DNA of 64,000 nt. It comes from Desulfomicrobium sp. (GTDB taxonomy: Bacteria > Desulfobacterota > Desulfovibrionia > Desulfovibrionales > Desulfomicrobiaceae). Both the position numbers and the translations under genes were made by a program. Location: contig JAXGMI010000002.1 in assembly GCA_040768745.1 (NCBI GenBank), positions 320,001 to 384,000 of the forward strand, written 5' to 3'. Shown here piece after piece: positions 9,685-20,242 of this stretch (within the stretch, counting starts at the first letter, position 1; each line of letters opens with the position of its first letter). The notes below the pieces were generated by a model that was given only the letters and a program-made list of their open reading frames with translations, did no database searches and was not told the origin of the DNA.

Positions 9685-11160
9685 TCATCCAGCATTCTTC
9701 CCCAAGCCGCAGCCAGGGTCCTCTGCCCGCCCCTTGAGCTGGAATATGAGGGAGAGACCCTTGCGGACCCGTTCAGAAAAGAGTTTCCTGCCGACGACGG
9801 CCCCTGCCACCCGTTTGTTGATCTCAGCCAGGGTTGGGTAGGGGAAAACCGCCTGGGCCAACGAGGAGAGCTTCGTTCCAGAGCTGCAGACCGCGCTCCA
9901 TACCCCGAGCAGCTCCCCGGCGCTGGGACCGCAAATCTGCACCCCGAGAGGACGGTCCCGTTCATCGACGAGCATCTTGAGCTTACCCACCGCTTCCCCT
10001 TCGGTCAGTGACCGGTCATTGGAGGAAAATTCCTCCTCCCAGACCATGTAGGGGATGTTCTGCGCCATGGCGCGTTTCTCGTTCAGGCCGATGGAGGCCA
10101 GCTCCGGATCCGTGTAGGTACACCAGGGCAGCCACGTGTAGTCAGCCTTGCGCGGCAAACGAAAGACAGTGTTGGCGATAACGACCCCTCCCTCGTATCC
10201 GGCGGCATGAGTGAACTGGTATTTGCCGGTCACGTCCCCTGCAGCGAAAACCGACCTGCAAGCCGTACGCATGCGCCTGTCCACGGGCAACCCCCTGGGG
10301 TCAGGCTCTATTCCCATGTTTTCCAGCTTCAGTCCCTCGGTATTGGCCTTCCGGCCCAGGGCCACCAGGAGTTGTCCGCCGCGAATCTCCATTCTCTCCG
10401 AGGCCACGGCCCCGCGTACAACAACACCATCCTGACACCGCCCAATCTCGTTGACATGAAATTCCAGCACAAAGCGCACACCCTCTGCCACCAGCCTTTC
10501 CTGAACCAGGGCAGCCATGTCGGCATCCTCGCGGCTCAGGATCTGCGGACCGCGATGAATTACTGTAACCTGACTGCCAAGCCGGCAGAAGGCCTGGGCC
10601 ATCTCCACGGCAATGGGGCCGCCGCCCAGAATGAGCAGGGACTTGGGGAGTTCGTTGAGGGAAAAGAGGTCTTTGTTCGTCAGGAATGGGGTTTGCTGCA
10701 GTCCTGCTATGGCGGGGACAAATGGTTCGGAGCCTGTGGCGACGACCCAGAATCTGCTCGAAACGCGACAGGATCCGAGGACGACGAGATGCCCGTCCAC
10801 AAAGCTGGGTTCCCCCTGTTTGACCATGGCCCCCAGGGAGCAGAAGCGTTCCGGCGAATCATGGGGCTGGACGGCGTCGATGACCTGGCGGATTCTGGCT
10901 CTGACGCGGGAAAAATCAACTGGGGCGAGGTGGACAGGCGGAAGACCGAAGCGCTCCATGTTCTGGGCCAGACGATAGACCTGGGCAGTGCGGATCAGGG
11001 TCTTGCTCGGCACGCATCCGTAGTGCAGGCAGTCGCCGCCAAGCCGCGCCTCCTTTTCGATCAAAAGGACCTTGGCTCCCAGCCTGGAAGCGCCGGCGGC
11101 GATGGTAAGCCCGGCTGCGCCTCCGCCTATCACACCCAGATCGTAATCATATCCCGCCAT
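9685..11160 (-). CDS. FAD-dependent pyridine nucleotide-disulfide oxidoreductase (MerA/LpdA-like class I)
   Basis: IGGGAAG, GGDCLHYGCVPSK, LGGGPIAVE, FAAGDV, FTHAA, YPTLAE. Confidence 0.88.
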   Translation of the reverse strand: MAGYDYDLGVIGGGAAGLTIAAGASRLGAKVLLIEKEARLGGDCLHYGCVPSKTLIRTAQVYRLAQNMERFGLPPVHLAPVDFSRVRARIRQVIDAVQPHDSPERFCSLGAMVKQGEPSFVDGHLVVLGSCRVSSRFWVVATGSEPFVPAIAGLQQTPFLTNKDLFSLNELPKSLLILGGGPIAVEMAQAFCRLGSQVTVIHRGPQILSREDADMAALVQERLVAEGVRFVLEFHVNEIGRCQDGVVVRGAVASERMEIRGGQLLVALGRKANTEGLKLENMGIEPDPRGLPVDRRMRTACRSVFAAGDVTGKYQFTHAAGYEGGVVIANTVFRLPRKADYTWLPWCTYTDPELASIGLNEKRAMAQNIPYMVWEEEFSSNDRSLTEGEAVGKLKMLVDERDRPLGVQICGPSAGELLGVWSAVCSSGTKLSSLAQAVFPYPTLAEINKRVAGAVVGRKLFSERVRKGLSLIFQLKGRAEDPGCGLGKNAG

Positions 11161-11291
11161 GCACCCTCCTGCCCAGGCCCTCTCGGCTCATGGTGTGCCC
11201 CGCACAAGGGACAATTTTCATATTTCCTCCTGGAGGTAAATGCGGTAGCCCATACGCGCTCTTTCACCCCAACAGTCGATCCGGCATACTC

Positions 11292-12416
11292 ATGAATGAT
11301 CTCTTTCAAAACAGAAAACTGCACGGCACCCACCTTGGGGACATCCTGTTGGACTGGTTTGCCCGCCACCAGCGTGATCTGCCATGGCGCCGGACGTACA
11401 CGCCCTACCATGTGTGGATTTCGGAAATCATGCTGCAGCAAACCCAAATGGATCGTGGAGTGCAGTATTTCCAGCGCTGGATCCAACACTTTCCGGACAT
11501 CCGGTCCATGGCTCTGGCCTCTGAAGACGAAATCCTCAAGCATTGGGAAGGACTGGGGTACTACTCCCGGGCCCGGAATCTTCACCGGGCGGCGCAAATC
11601 CTTTGCCACGACAACAACTGCGAACTGCCCCGGGAAATACAACAGCTTCTGCGTCTCCCTGGCATAGGTCCATACACGGCCAGGGCTATCGCCAGCATCG
11701 CTTTCGAACAGGATGTCTGCGTTGTGGATGCCAATGTGGAACGTCTCGTGAGCAGGATTTTCAATCTCAAGAACCCGGTCAAGTCCCGGCAGACCCAGCT
11801 CCAGATCAACGCTCTGTGCGAGGAGATTCTGCCTCCTGGCCGGGCCAGGGCGTTCAACCAGGCCGCAATGGAGTTCGGAAGTCTGGTCTGTGTGCCAAGA
11901 AAGCCGGCCTGTGGATCGTGTCCCGTGGCCGGCCTGTGCGAAGCCCGACTCCTGGGGGTGGAGGAAGAACGTCCCGTAGGGGCAAAGCCTGTGCAACCCA
12001 TTTATTTGTCCATGTCTACGGGCGTGCTCATTCACGAAGGCCGCATCCTGGTTCAGAAACGTCAGCCCGATGACGTCTGGGCCAATCTCTGGGAATTCCC
12101 TGGCGGGTTGGTGGAAGAAGGCGAAACTCCGGCCCAGGCCGTGATCCGGGAGTTCATGGAGGAAACCCGGCTGCGGGTGGTTGCTCCGGAGCCCATCGCC
12201 CTTTTCAAGCATGCCTATACCCGCTACCGAGTGACCTTGAACGCATTTTTCGTGCAGCTTTGTTCTGATCCGACTGACATTGTCCTGCATGCGGCCCAGG
12301 AATACAGATGGTCAAGCTGGAAGGAGCTGCAGGCGTTGGCTTTTCCGGCCGGCCATCGCAAGCTCATCGCGCATCTCAACGACGATGCCCGCTTTCAAGC
12401 GAGGGTTCACCCATGA
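11292..12416 (+). CDS. mutY: A/G-specific adenine glycosylase MutY with C-terminal NUDIX domain
   Basis: RDLPWR, WISEIMLQQT, WEGLGYYSRARNLH, LPGIGPYTA, VDANV, Fe-S motif CVPRKPACGSCPVAGLC. Confidence 0.95.
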   Translation: MNDLFQNRKLHGTHLGDILLDWFARHQRDLPWRRTYTPYHVWISEIMLQQTQMDRGVQYFQRWIQHFPDIRSMALASEDEILKHWEGLGYYSRARNLHRAAQILCHDNNCELPREIQQLLRLPGIGPYTARAIASIAFEQDVCVVDANVERLVSRIFNLKNPVKSRQTQLQINALCEEILPPGRARAFNQAAMEFGSLVCVPRKPACGSCPVAGLCEARLLGVEEERPVGAKPVQPIYLSMSTGVLIHEGRILVQKRQPDDVWANLWEFPGGLVEEGETPAQAVIREFMEETRLRVVAPEPIALFKHAYTRYRVTLNAFFVQLCSDPTDIVLHAAQEYRWSSWKELQALAFPAGHRKLIAHLNDDARFQARVHP

Positions 12417-13243
12417 CAGCGTCCATCCTGATTACCCTGTTCGGCATCCCGCTGCTGATGGCTTTGCTGACCTATACCCTTTATTGTTACGAGGAGACCA
12501 ACAGTACAGGCAGACCCCTTCCTTTTTATCTCAATCTTTCCCTGCGTACAGTCCTGCACAGCATCCTGAGTGAAATCCTGATTCTGCTCCTGTATCCTTT
12601 GGGGCTTCGGAGGAGTCTTTGGGTCAGGCCGAGCCAGGGGAAGGCCCTGGTGGTTTTGGTCCATGGACTTTTCCACAACCAGGGGGCCTGGATTCTGTGT
12701 CGGCGCTGGCTGCACAGGCGTGGGTTCGCAACCTCATGTTTTTCTTATGCGAGCTGGAAATCGGATTGGGAGCAGACCACATCCGAGCTCGAAAAATACC
12801 TGCGAGTCGTGATGGCGGAAGATCCGTCCCGGGATGTCCACCTCGTTGGGCACAGTATGGGTGGGCTTCTGCTGCGCGCAGTCCTGGCCGGCATGGAGGT
12901 GCCAAGGCAGGTGCGGACATTGACCACCTGGGGAACCCCTTTTGGAGGCAGCAAGCTGACCCCTTTTGCCCTGAATTCCTTGGGGCGCTATTTGCGCCAC
13001 AATGGGGAGCTGGTCCGCAAACTCGGTGGCCTGCCCTTCCCTCCGCACGTCAAAAGCCTGGTTATCAGATCACCGGCAGACAACATGGTCCTGCCCAACA
13101 CTGCCCTGCGCTGCAACGTGCCCGGCTGGATGGAGCACGAGAGCAGTCCCGTCAGCCATGTGGCAATGCTGCATTCCCGGGAAGTGTTTACTGTAACCCT
13201 GGACTGGATTGATCGGCACACCGGGGATGTCGAAACACCTTAG
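12413..13243 (+). CDS. Membrane-anchored alpha/beta hydrolase (lipase/esterase-like)
   Basis: N-terminal hydrophobic segments, LVHGL, GHSMGG nucleophile elbow, GTPFGGS, D.MVLP, SH. Confidence 0.82.
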   Translation: MTASILITLFGIPLLMALLTYTLYCYEETNSTGRPLPFYLNLSLRTVLHSILSEILILLLYPLGLRRSLWVRPSQGKALVVLVHGLFHNQGAWILCRRWLHRRGFATSCFSYASWKSDWEQTTSELEKYLRVVMAEDPSRDVHLVGHSMGGLLLRAVLAGMEVPRQVRTLTTWGTPFGGSKLTPFALNSLGRYLRHNGELVRKLGGLPFPPHVKSLVIRSPADNMVLPNTALRCNVPGWMEHESSPVSHVAMLHSREVFTVTLDWIDRHTGDVETP

Positions 13244-13302
13244 AGGTGGTGTGGGTCGCGGGAAGTCCCTGCTCTGTAAAGTTACCGTCGTGTGCGTCCA
13301 TC

Positions 13303-13325
13303 AAAAAAGGGGCCGTGGGCCCCTT
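13303..13325 (-). terminator. Intrinsic terminator after bamD
   Basis: AAGGGGCC-gtg-GGCCCCTT hairpin with a T-run on the minus strand. Confidence 0.65.
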
Positions 13326-13350
13326 GAGAAGTGCGCAGCGTCACACGGCA

Positions 13351-14064
13351 TCAGAGCCAGTTGAAAAAGGATTTGAGCTTGCTTGGATGACGGCGGGTGT
13401 CGTTGTCTTCTTCCTGGGCATAAAAATACGCCACCTTGGCCTTGGACTCCGCCAGCTGGACAATCTCGGACAGTTCGGGGAATGTTTCAACGATATACCG
13501 GTAGCGGATCCAGGCCGCCTTATAGGACTGGGACTTGAAATAAAAATCCGCGACATAGAGTTCGTGCTCGGCAATCAACTTCCGGCATTTGCCAATGTAG
13601 ACCAGGGCTTCTCCCCGGTAGCTGCTTTGCGGGTACCCATCCACAATTCGTTTGAATGACTCAATGGCTTCGGCCAGCCCATCCTGCGGGAGATCAATGG
13701 AGCGATGGGCCTTGAACTTGTTCACGCCAATCTGGAAAAGAACATAGTCGATGGATTCATGGCGCGGATGCATGCTCAAAAATTCTTCGTATACGTCCAC
13801 TGCCTCAATATACTGATTGTCCAGGGAATACGCATCGCCAAGCATGAGACGCGCCTGCACGGAATACGGACTGAACGGATAGCGGTCGTTCAGCTTTGTC
13901 AAGGAATCGATCGCTGCGGCGTATTCCTTGTCCTGCATCTGCCCCCGTGCGTTTTCGTAAAGTTCCTGCGCCGTGTCTTCGGGAGGTGCGAGAAAATAAT
14001 AGTCAATAATGCCACAGCCATTCAAAAAAAATACAAGACAACAGAGAAGAAAATACGTGCGCAT
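13351..14064 (-). CDS. bamD: Outer membrane protein assembly lipoprotein BamD
   Basis: Lipobox LNGC, RYPFSPY, HPRHE.IDY, LIAEHELYVADFY, Y.AA..RY. Confidence 0.9.
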   Translation of the reverse strand: MRTYFLLCCLVFFLNGCGIIDYYFLAPPEDTAQELYENARGQMQDKEYAAAIDSLTKLNDRYPFSPYSVQARLMLGDAYSLDNQYIEAVDVYEEFLSMHPRHESIDYVLFQIGVNKFKAHRSIDLPQDGLAEAIESFKRIVDGYPQSSYRGEALVYIGKCRKLIAEHELYVADFYFKSQSYKAAWIRYRYIVETFPELSEIVQLAESKAKVAYFYAQEEDNDTRRHPSKLKSFFNWL

Positions 14065-14225
14065 TGCAGATACCTGGATAGCGGTGACGTGAAAAGAGGG
14101 GATTCAAATCCACGGGCATCCCGACGTTGCGGAGAGATGCGTCTGGAACCGGAGAATGCGAAGGGGGTGACGGCTGTGCATGTGCGGTCACCCTCCTGGC
14201 GCATTTTTCAAAAGCCGACCAAAGT

Positions 14226-14543
14226 CTAGGCCTTGTCGCTCAACATTTGCTTCAGACTGGCTTTGGAGACTGCTCCGGTAACCTGTTCCACCACTTCTCC
14301 GTTCTTGAACAAAATGAGCGTTGGAATAGCCCGGATTCCGTATTTGCTGGGAGTGCTGGGATTCTCATCGACATTCATTTTCAAAATCTTGACCTTGCCG
14401 TCGAATTCCTGAGTGAGCTCCTCGATAACAGGGGCAATGGCCCTGCATGGTCCACACCATGGGGCCCAGAAATCGACAAGAACAGGAAGGTCGCATTTCA
14501 TCACTTCAGCGTCAAACCCAGCATCAGTCACTTGTGCAGCCAT
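14226..14543 (-). CDS. trxA: Thioredoxin
   Basis: [11 protein letters not shown]. Confidence 0.97.
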   Translation of the reverse strand: MAAQVTDAGFDAEVMKCDLPVLVDFWAPWCGPCRAIAPVIEELTQEFDGKVKILKMNVDENPSTPSKYGIRAIPTLILFKNGEVVEQVTGAVSKASLKQMLSDKA

Positions 14544-14546
14544 TAT

Positions 14547-15617
14547 TCACTCCTTGAAAAAAGGGTTTACGATGTAATCGTCAGGCACAATCATCCCGCG
14601 GGGGACCGCCTCAAAATCAAGGGAACTCATGAAGCCTTCGTTCGCCAACTGAACGCCGGTGTACGCTATCATAGCGGCATTATCACCACAATAGTTTTGC
14701 GCAGGGGCCAAAAATTTGAGATTCTTCGACTCTGCGAATGCGGAAAAACTCTCCCTCAAAAGTTTGTTGGCGGCCACGCCTCCGGCTACGCACAGGGTCT
14801 GTATTCCGGGGGTTGCATCCAGAGCCCTTCTGACTTTTTCCAAAAGGGTCTGCACAATGACCAGATTCACCGTGGCGCAGAGATCCTTGATCACAGACGG
14901 GGCAAAATCTTCCCGAAAGTCGACGTAGTCAACTGCAGGGATATCCTGCTGCTGCACGTAGTTTGCCACAGCTGTCTTCAACCCGCTGAAGCTGAAATCA
15001 CAGTTGTCGTTATGCAGGTAGGGTTTGGAAAAGAGCCTGGGATCGGCTGTGCCCTTGCCAGCCAGGATGTCGATGTATTTCCCTCCCGGATACGGAAGGT
15101 TGAGAAGCTTGGCGATTTTGTCAAAGGCCTCTCCCGCCGCGTCATCCAGGGTCTTGCCCAGGAGGACGAAATCCAGGGGGCTGCGCATCAGGTAGATGTG
15201 CGTGTGCCCCCCGGAAACAAGAAGACCCATGGCCGGGTAGACGATGGGGGATGTGAAATCGCAGGCCAACAGGTGGGCCTGCAGGTGGTTCACCCCTATG
15301 ATGGGAACGCCCAGGCCAAGGGATAAGGATTTGGCATAGGCAATGCCCACCAGAAGGGCGCCCAAGAGGCCTGGTCCGCGAGTGACGGCTATCAAATCAA
15401 TTTTGCGGCCTCCGGAAACCCCGCACGTGCCCAGAACCGAAGCCACAAGCTTGTCCAGCAGTCTCAAGTGTTCACGGGACGCCAGTTCCGGAACAACACC
15501 GCCGAACACGGAATGCATGGGGATTTGCGTATGTACCACGTCTTCGAGAATTTGGCCGTCCTGCCACAGGGCCACAGACGTCTCATCGCACGAAGTTTCA
15601 ATCCCTAAACAAATCAT
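14547..15617 (-). CDS. tsaD: tRNA N6-adenosine threonylcarbamoyltransferase
   Basis: LGIETSCDET, GGVVPELASREH, NHLQAH, VSGGHT, DDAAGEAFDK, DNAAMIA. Confidence 0.96.
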   Translation of the reverse strand: MICLGIETSCDETSVALWQDGQILEDVVHTQIPMHSVFGGVVPELASREHLRLLDKLVASVLGTCGVSGGRKIDLIAVTRGPGLLGALLVGIAYAKSLSLGLGVPIIGVNHLQAHLLACDFTSPIVYPAMGLLVSGGHTHIYLMRSPLDFVLLGKTLDDAAGEAFDKIAKLLNLPYPGGKYIDILAGKGTADPRLFSKPYLHNDNCDFSFSGLKTAVANYVQQQDIPAVDYVDFREDFAPSVIKDLCATVNLVIVQTLLEKVRRALDATPGIQTLCVAGGVAANKLLRESFSAFAESKNLKFLAPAQNYCGDNAAMIAYTGVQLANEGFMSSLDFEAVPRGMIVPDDYIVNPFFKE

Positions 15618-15652
15618 CCTCAATCCAGTCCCAAAAAAATGCGGGCACGGAC

Positions 15653-16663
15653 CTACATTTCATTGGCGTAAAACTTTTGCACAACCTCCACATCAGCCTT
15701 GGAGCCGACAAAAAGAGGCACGCGTTGGTGCAGCTCCTGGGGTTCGATATCCAGGATCCGTCGAACTCCGTCTGTGGCCAACCCCCCCGCCTGTTCGATG
15801 AGCATGGCCATGGGCGCAGCCTCACACATCAGCCGTAATTTTCCGGAGGGCTTGCGGGGGTCGCGCGAGTCGGCTGGATACATGAAAATTCCACCATAAA
15901 TGAGGTTGCGATGGAAATCCGAAACCAGGGAGCCGATATAGCGCAGGCTGTACGGCCGGCCCAGGGCATTGTTATTTGATTTGAAATGATTGACTATCTT
16001 GCGTGTCGGCTCGTCCCAGTATGCATGATACCCTTCATTTACCGAATAGGTCTTCCCTTGTTCCGGAATCTTGATATCCGGATGGGAAAGAAGGAACTCA
16101 CCGACGGTGGGGTCGAGAGTGAACCCATGAACCCCATTGCCATAGGTGTAGACCAGCATCGTAGAAGAACCATAGATGATGTACCCGGCGGCCACTTGCA
16201 TGGCCCCTTTTTGCAACACTTCGCTTAGGTTGATGGCCTGGTCGCTGTAGGTTGTCCGGCGATAGATGCTGAATATGGTTCCAATGCTGACGTTGGCGTC
16301 TATGTTGGCCGATCCATCCAGCGGATCGAAAATCAAGATATAGTCTCCAATCGGAAACTGCCGTGGGATTTCGATGACATCCGCATTTTCTTCGGAAACC
16401 ATGGCGCAGAGCACCCCTGCCCTTTCCATGCGCCGGATGATGGCCCTGTTGGCAAAGTCATCCAGTTTCTGGACGATCTCACCTTGGACATTGACTTCTC
16501 CGGTGGCCCCGAGGACGTCGAGAAGCCCGGCCTTGGATACTTCCCGGCCAATGATTTTGGCGGACAATATGAGTTCCGTAAGGAGTCTGGTGAACCGTCC
16601 GGAAGCCATGGGGCGTTCCTTCTGATTGAGAAGAAGATGTTCAATAACGGTTATCTGTTGCAT
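15653..16663 (-). CDS. fbp: Fructose-1,6-bisphosphatase class I
   Basis: [41 protein letters not shown]. Confidence 0.96.
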   Translation of the reverse strand: MQQITVIEHLLLNQKERPMASGRFTRLLTELILSAKIIGREVSKAGLLDVLGATGEVNVQGEIVQKLDDFANRAIIRRMERAGVLCAMVSEENADVIEIPRQFPIGDYILIFDPLDGSANIDANVSIGTIFSIYRRTTYSDQAINLSEVLQKGAMQVAAGYIIYGSSTMLVYTYGNGVHGFTLDPTVGEFLLSHPDIKIPEQGKTYSVNEGYHAYWDEPTRKIVNHFKSNNNALGRPYSLRYIGSLVSDFHRNLIYGGIFMYPADSRDPRKPSGKLRLMCEAAPMAMLIEQAGGLATDGVRRILDIEPQELHQRVPLFVGSKADVEVVQKFYANEM

Positions 16664-16672
16664 CGATGCCTC

Positions 16673-17362
16673 TCACTTGGAAAAAAGGTAAATAAGATTG
16701 TCAGAGCCCATGCTCCGGATCCAGTACACATCCTGCCCATCAACTCTTCGGCTTCCTGAATATTTTTTGGAGGACGTCACTTTTTCAAGCACCTCGGTGG
16801 AATCCTTGGGGACCTGACCGCTGATGATTTGATTGCTCACGGCCAGGGCTGTCCGCGATGCGGCAATTTCAACCGCAAGCCCGCTCACGTACACTTCAAC
16901 GACAGTTGTTTTCAGGTGGTCCGGATCAACTCTGCCGGTATGCACCAGGAATACGCGGTCATTTTGAGAGACCATTACACGCCTCTCAGATGCAGGCATG
17001 CTGGAAAGAAAATCCCGCACCACAGGATCAAATCCCAGAGAATCATCCCCGGAAACAAAAAGCATTTCATTATCCAAAACAGCAATGTATTTAATCCACG
17101 GAATCATAGATTTCTGCGTTGAAATCCATCCATCATCAAAAGAGGAATCAGCGAGATCTATCTGATCCATGAGGCGTACTATCTTGCTGTCTATAGTATA
17201 ATAGTCATCCAGAAATTCTTGCGGAATATTGACACTGACAGATGCGTCGTAATCTACACTTGCTGTTGGATTAACATATTCATTGTAATATTGTTTTGTT
17301 GTGTGTACTGGCCTGCATGCTGATATTGCAAGGATGGCAAGTACGATGCAGAAGTATTTCAT
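16673..17362 (-). CDS. Hypothetical lipoprotein
   Basis: 229-aa ORF with signal peptide and lipobox ISAC, within a co-oriented gene run. Confidence 0.7.
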   Translation of the reverse strand: MKYFCIVLAILAISACRPVHTTKQYYNEYVNPTASVDYDASVSVNIPQEFLDDYYTIDSKIVRLMDQIDLADSSFDDGWISTQKSMIPWIKYIAVLDNEMLFVSGDDSLGFDPVVRDFLSSMPASERRVMVSQNDRVFLVHTGRVDPDHLKTTVVEVYVSGLAVEIAASRTALAVSNQIISGQVPKDSTEVLEKVTSSKKYSGSRRVDGQDVYWIRSMGSDNLIYLFSK

Positions 17363-17424
17363 GGGATTCTCTATGTCAGTTATGATTTATGCGGCAGTGA
17401 TGAAACCGCCAGGGAACCCTAAGA

Positions 17425-18180
17425 CTAAAGCTGAAATTTCTCCGAGGTATCCCCGGCCTTTTCTTCGAGTCGGGCGGCAAGGGAGTTCAGGACATTGAAC
17501 AGCTTGTTTTGTTTGTCAGATTCAGTATCCGGCAAGACCCCCATCGCCCTGCGGGCCTGGTCACGAAGGTTCAACAGATCGGCACGTTCTTCTTCCGTGT
17601 TCGCCCCGTCAAGCAAATCATCGTAGATCCGCACCGCCTGTGCATATTCGCCCTGCGCGCAGAGGAGCTTTGCCATGGTCTTGGTCTTGATGCCCGAGTT
17701 GATGCAAAGTTGCGTGACTTCATCGGCATCGAGGTCCTCTTCCGGTTCCACACATGCTGATGCGGCAGCCCTGGCCTCTGTGTAATGCGATATGCCATAG
17801 TTCATCAGGCTGATAAGGTCGGTTGTGCCTCCGCTGGCGTTGCGCTCCAGAATGAACGCAGCCAGAGACATGTCTGTCTGCTGCGATTTGGCAAAATGAG
17901 AACGCAAGGAAAGCCAGAATTTTTCGTGGTCCGCGAGCTTTGCAAAAACTGCCTGGGCCTGCTCTTCTGCCCCCTCAAGATCGCCGATTTCCACGAAAAG
18001 CTCAATCAGATACAGCTGGGCGTCAAGGTAGTCCGGATGATGTTTGAGACCTTTCTGAACGATCTCGATCGCACGCTGAAGATGCCCTTGCTTGCGGTAC
18101 AACCTAGCCAGCGGGAAGAAAATCTTGGATCCGGCGTCATGCTCCAGAAGTTCGTCAAAAAGGTGCAGCGTATCGTTCAT
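17425..18180 (-). CDS. Tetratricopeptide repeat protein
   Basis: FFPLARLY..G...AI...GL..HPDY; TKTMAKLL..QG.Y.QA..IY. Confidence 0.78.
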   Translation of the reverse strand: MNDTLHLFDELLEHDAGSKIFFPLARLYRKQGHLQRAIEIVQKGLKHHPDYLDAQLYLIELFVEIGDLEGAEEQAQAVFAKLADHEKFWLSLRSHFAKSQQTDMSLAAFILERNASGGTTDLISLMNYGISHYTEARAAASACVEPEEDLDADEVTQLCINSGIKTKTMAKLLCAQGEYAQAVRIYDDLLDGANTEEERADLLNLRDQARRAMGVLPDTESDKQNKLFNVLNSLAARLEEKAGDTSEKFQL

Positions 18181-18181
18181 A

Positions 18182-18463
18182 TCATTTCATTATGTACATG
18201 AGTTCATTGTCAGCCACATAGAAAAGCTCGCGCTTGATAAGTCGTTGCACATATTTATCATCTTTTTTGAGCACACGGATCTCCGAACTCAGCTGCCTGT
18301 TGCGCACATCCATATCGTCAATCTTTGCCCGCACCGACTCGATCTTTACCTTCAGCTCATTGTAGGCAGGAAGTCCACTCTCCTCGTCCAATATCTTTGA
18401 AAACTGAAAAAGATTGATGACAAGAAAAACAATGATTATAATAGCTTTTTTTGTTTTGAACAT
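18182..18463 (-). CDS. Septum formation initiator (FtsB/DivIC family)
   Basis: Single N-terminal TM, coiled coil, N..L..EI..LK.D..YV..LIKREL..V..NE. Confidence 0.8.
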   Translation of the reverse strand: MFKTKKAIIIIVFLVINLFQFSKILDEESGLPAYNELKVKIESVRAKIDDMDVRNRQLSSEIRVLKKDDKYVQRLIKRELFYVADNELMYIMK

Positions 18464-18466
18464 GGC

Positions 18467-19051
18467 TCACCCTTTCATGTGCAAATGTTGACTGGCAAGA
18501 TCCCATGGCTCAATGTATGTTTTGTACTCTCCCATGGCCAGTTCCATGAAGTACTCAAGTCTTTCATTGTCGGAACGGCCAATAACAGTGTTGACACCGC
18601 GCAGGAATGCCTCGTTCGCCTGCATGCTGCGGCAATTCGTGTTGACGAGAATGATATTCGCTTCTCTCCGTCGCAGTCCGTTCCATTTTTTTATGACTTC
18701 GAAAACCGGCTTCATGTTCTCGTTCTCTTCAATAACCATTATATTATAATAATTAGCTCTGACCTTATCTATTGCTTCAGGAAGAGTTTTTGCCTCAGAG
18801 ATATAGATGCCCTGCTGTTGAAAAAAATAACTGATCCTCCCCGCAATACCTGTATCCGGGACATAGACAAAGGCGACCACTGCATCGTGTGGGAAATGCT
18901 CAGGTGCGACAGCATTGCTTGTATCCGTATCCATGGCAACAACTATTTGTTCCCTGCATTTGGGACAATTGAGTTTGAACTTTTTGGCTTCCGGAATGCG
19001 ATCATCCGGTATGTTGAAACTTGCCTTGCAGTGAGAGCAGGTTATTTCCAT
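18467..19051 (-). CDS. MJ0042-type zinc-ribbon protein with possible degenerate receiver-like domain
   Basis: MEITCSHCKASFNIPDDRIP...NCPKC; alternative start at 19066. Confidence 0.75.
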   Translation of the reverse strand: MEITCSHCKASFNIPDDRIPEAKKFKLNCPKCREQIVVAMDTDTSNAVAPEHFPHDAVVAFVYVPDTGIAGRISYFFQQQGIYISEAKTLPEAIDKVRANYYNIMVIEENENMKPVFEVIKKWNGLRRREANIILVNTNCRSMQANEAFLRGVNTVIGRSDNERLEYFMELAMGEYKTYIEPWDLASQHLHMKG

Positions 19052-19065
19052 TTGCCGTATCCCCA

Positions 19066-20241
19066 TTAAAAAATGGTGTTCTTTCTTTCGTAATCGTGAT
19101 CCAGTTCGAGACCTTCGATATTGGTGACCTTCTCACCCCTGGCAGTCTTGATCTTGTCGATCATCTGCGCAAGCCGGGACTTATCGGAAGCGTGTGTCAT
19201 GGCCACGTCTTCGGTAATGATCTTGTCTTCAAAAAGATTGGCCAAGTACTTGTCAAAGGTGATCATTCCATAAGCATCGCCGGTTTCCACAATGGAATAA
19301 AAAGTCTTTTCCTCTGTTTCTCCATTGTAGATGACTTCCTTGATACGCAAGTTGGACTTTAAAATTTCGAAGGCCGGAACGCGTCCGCCCCCGATGCGGG
19401 GCATGAGCCGCTGCGAGACCACAAACTTCAGACTTTCGGCCAGCCGTGATCTGATCAGTCTTTCCTCAGCGAGGTCGAACATGCCGATGATGCGGTTCAC
19501 CGTCTGGCCCGTGTCACTGGTGTGCAGGGTGCCCAGGACCAGATGGCCGGTTTCGGCCGCCTCCAGGGCGATGGTGATGGTCTCACGGTCACGGATTTCC
19601 CCTACAAGTATGACCTTGGGGGCTTGACGCAGTGCCGCGCGCAGTCCGGAGGCGAAGCTGTCGAAATCGAGCCCCAGTTCTCGCTGATTTACCGTCGCAA
19701 GCTTGTGTTCATGCACATATTCAATGGGATCTTCCAGGGTAACGATATGTTTTCTGTATGTCAGATTGATGTTGTTTATGAGCGCGGCAAGGGATGTGGT
19801 TTTGCCGGTACCCGTGGCGCCAGTAACAAGGATCAGGCCAAATTTCTCGCGGGACATCTCCAGGAAAACGTCTGGCAGGCTCAGCTGCTGGATAGTAGGT
19901 ACAACAGAGGTCAGTTTGCGCATAACGATGGCCAACGAGCCTTTCTGGCCCAACACGTTGACCCTGAACCGACACCGTCCAGGCAACTCGTAGGAAAGGT
20001 CGCAGGATCCTGTCCGCAGCTGATCTTCATACAGCCGCAGATGTCTGCCCATGAGGCACATGGCAACCGCCTCGACGTGGAAAGGAAGAAGCGGGCCGGG
20101 GTTGGGCTCGACCTTGGCGTTGCACAGTTCGCCGAATACCTCAACCTGAATGGGCTTGTTGACTGTGAATATGATGTCTGAGGTATCCGGTGCCTGGTCG
20201 AGAATCTGGTGCAGGATATGGTCGAGCTGCGCCCTCTGCAT
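19066..20241 (-). CDS. PilT/PilU family type IV pilus retraction ATPase paralogue
   Basis: GATGTGKTT, TLEDPIEY, NQRELG, RQAPKVILVGEIRD, AETGHLV.GTLHT. Confidence 0.9.
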   Translation of the reverse strand: MQRAQLDHILHQILDQAPDTSDIIFTVNKPIQVEVFGELCNAKVEPNPGPLLPFHVEAVAMCLMGRHLRLYEDQLRTGSCDLSYELPGRCRFRVNVLGQKGSLAIVMRKLTSVVPTIQQLSLPDVFLEMSREKFGLILVTGATGTGKTTSLAALINNINLTYRKHIVTLEDPIEYVHEHKLATVNQRELGLDFDSFASGLRAALRQAPKVILVGEIRDRETITIALEAAETGHLVLGTLHTSDTGQTVNRIIGMFDLAEERLIRSRLAESLKFVVSQRLMPRIGGGRVPAFEILKSNLRIKEVIYNGETEEKTFYSIVETGDAYGMITFDKYLANLFEDKIITEDVAMTHASDKSRLAQMIDKIKTARGEKVTNIEGLELDHDYERKNTIF

Positions 20242-20242
20242 G

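Noticed and set aside
9685..11160. Mercuric reductase MerA or a second true E3
   Set aside because: No C-terminal Cys-Cys pair, no N-terminal metal-binding domain, no mer genes; has YPT rather than the HPT of E3
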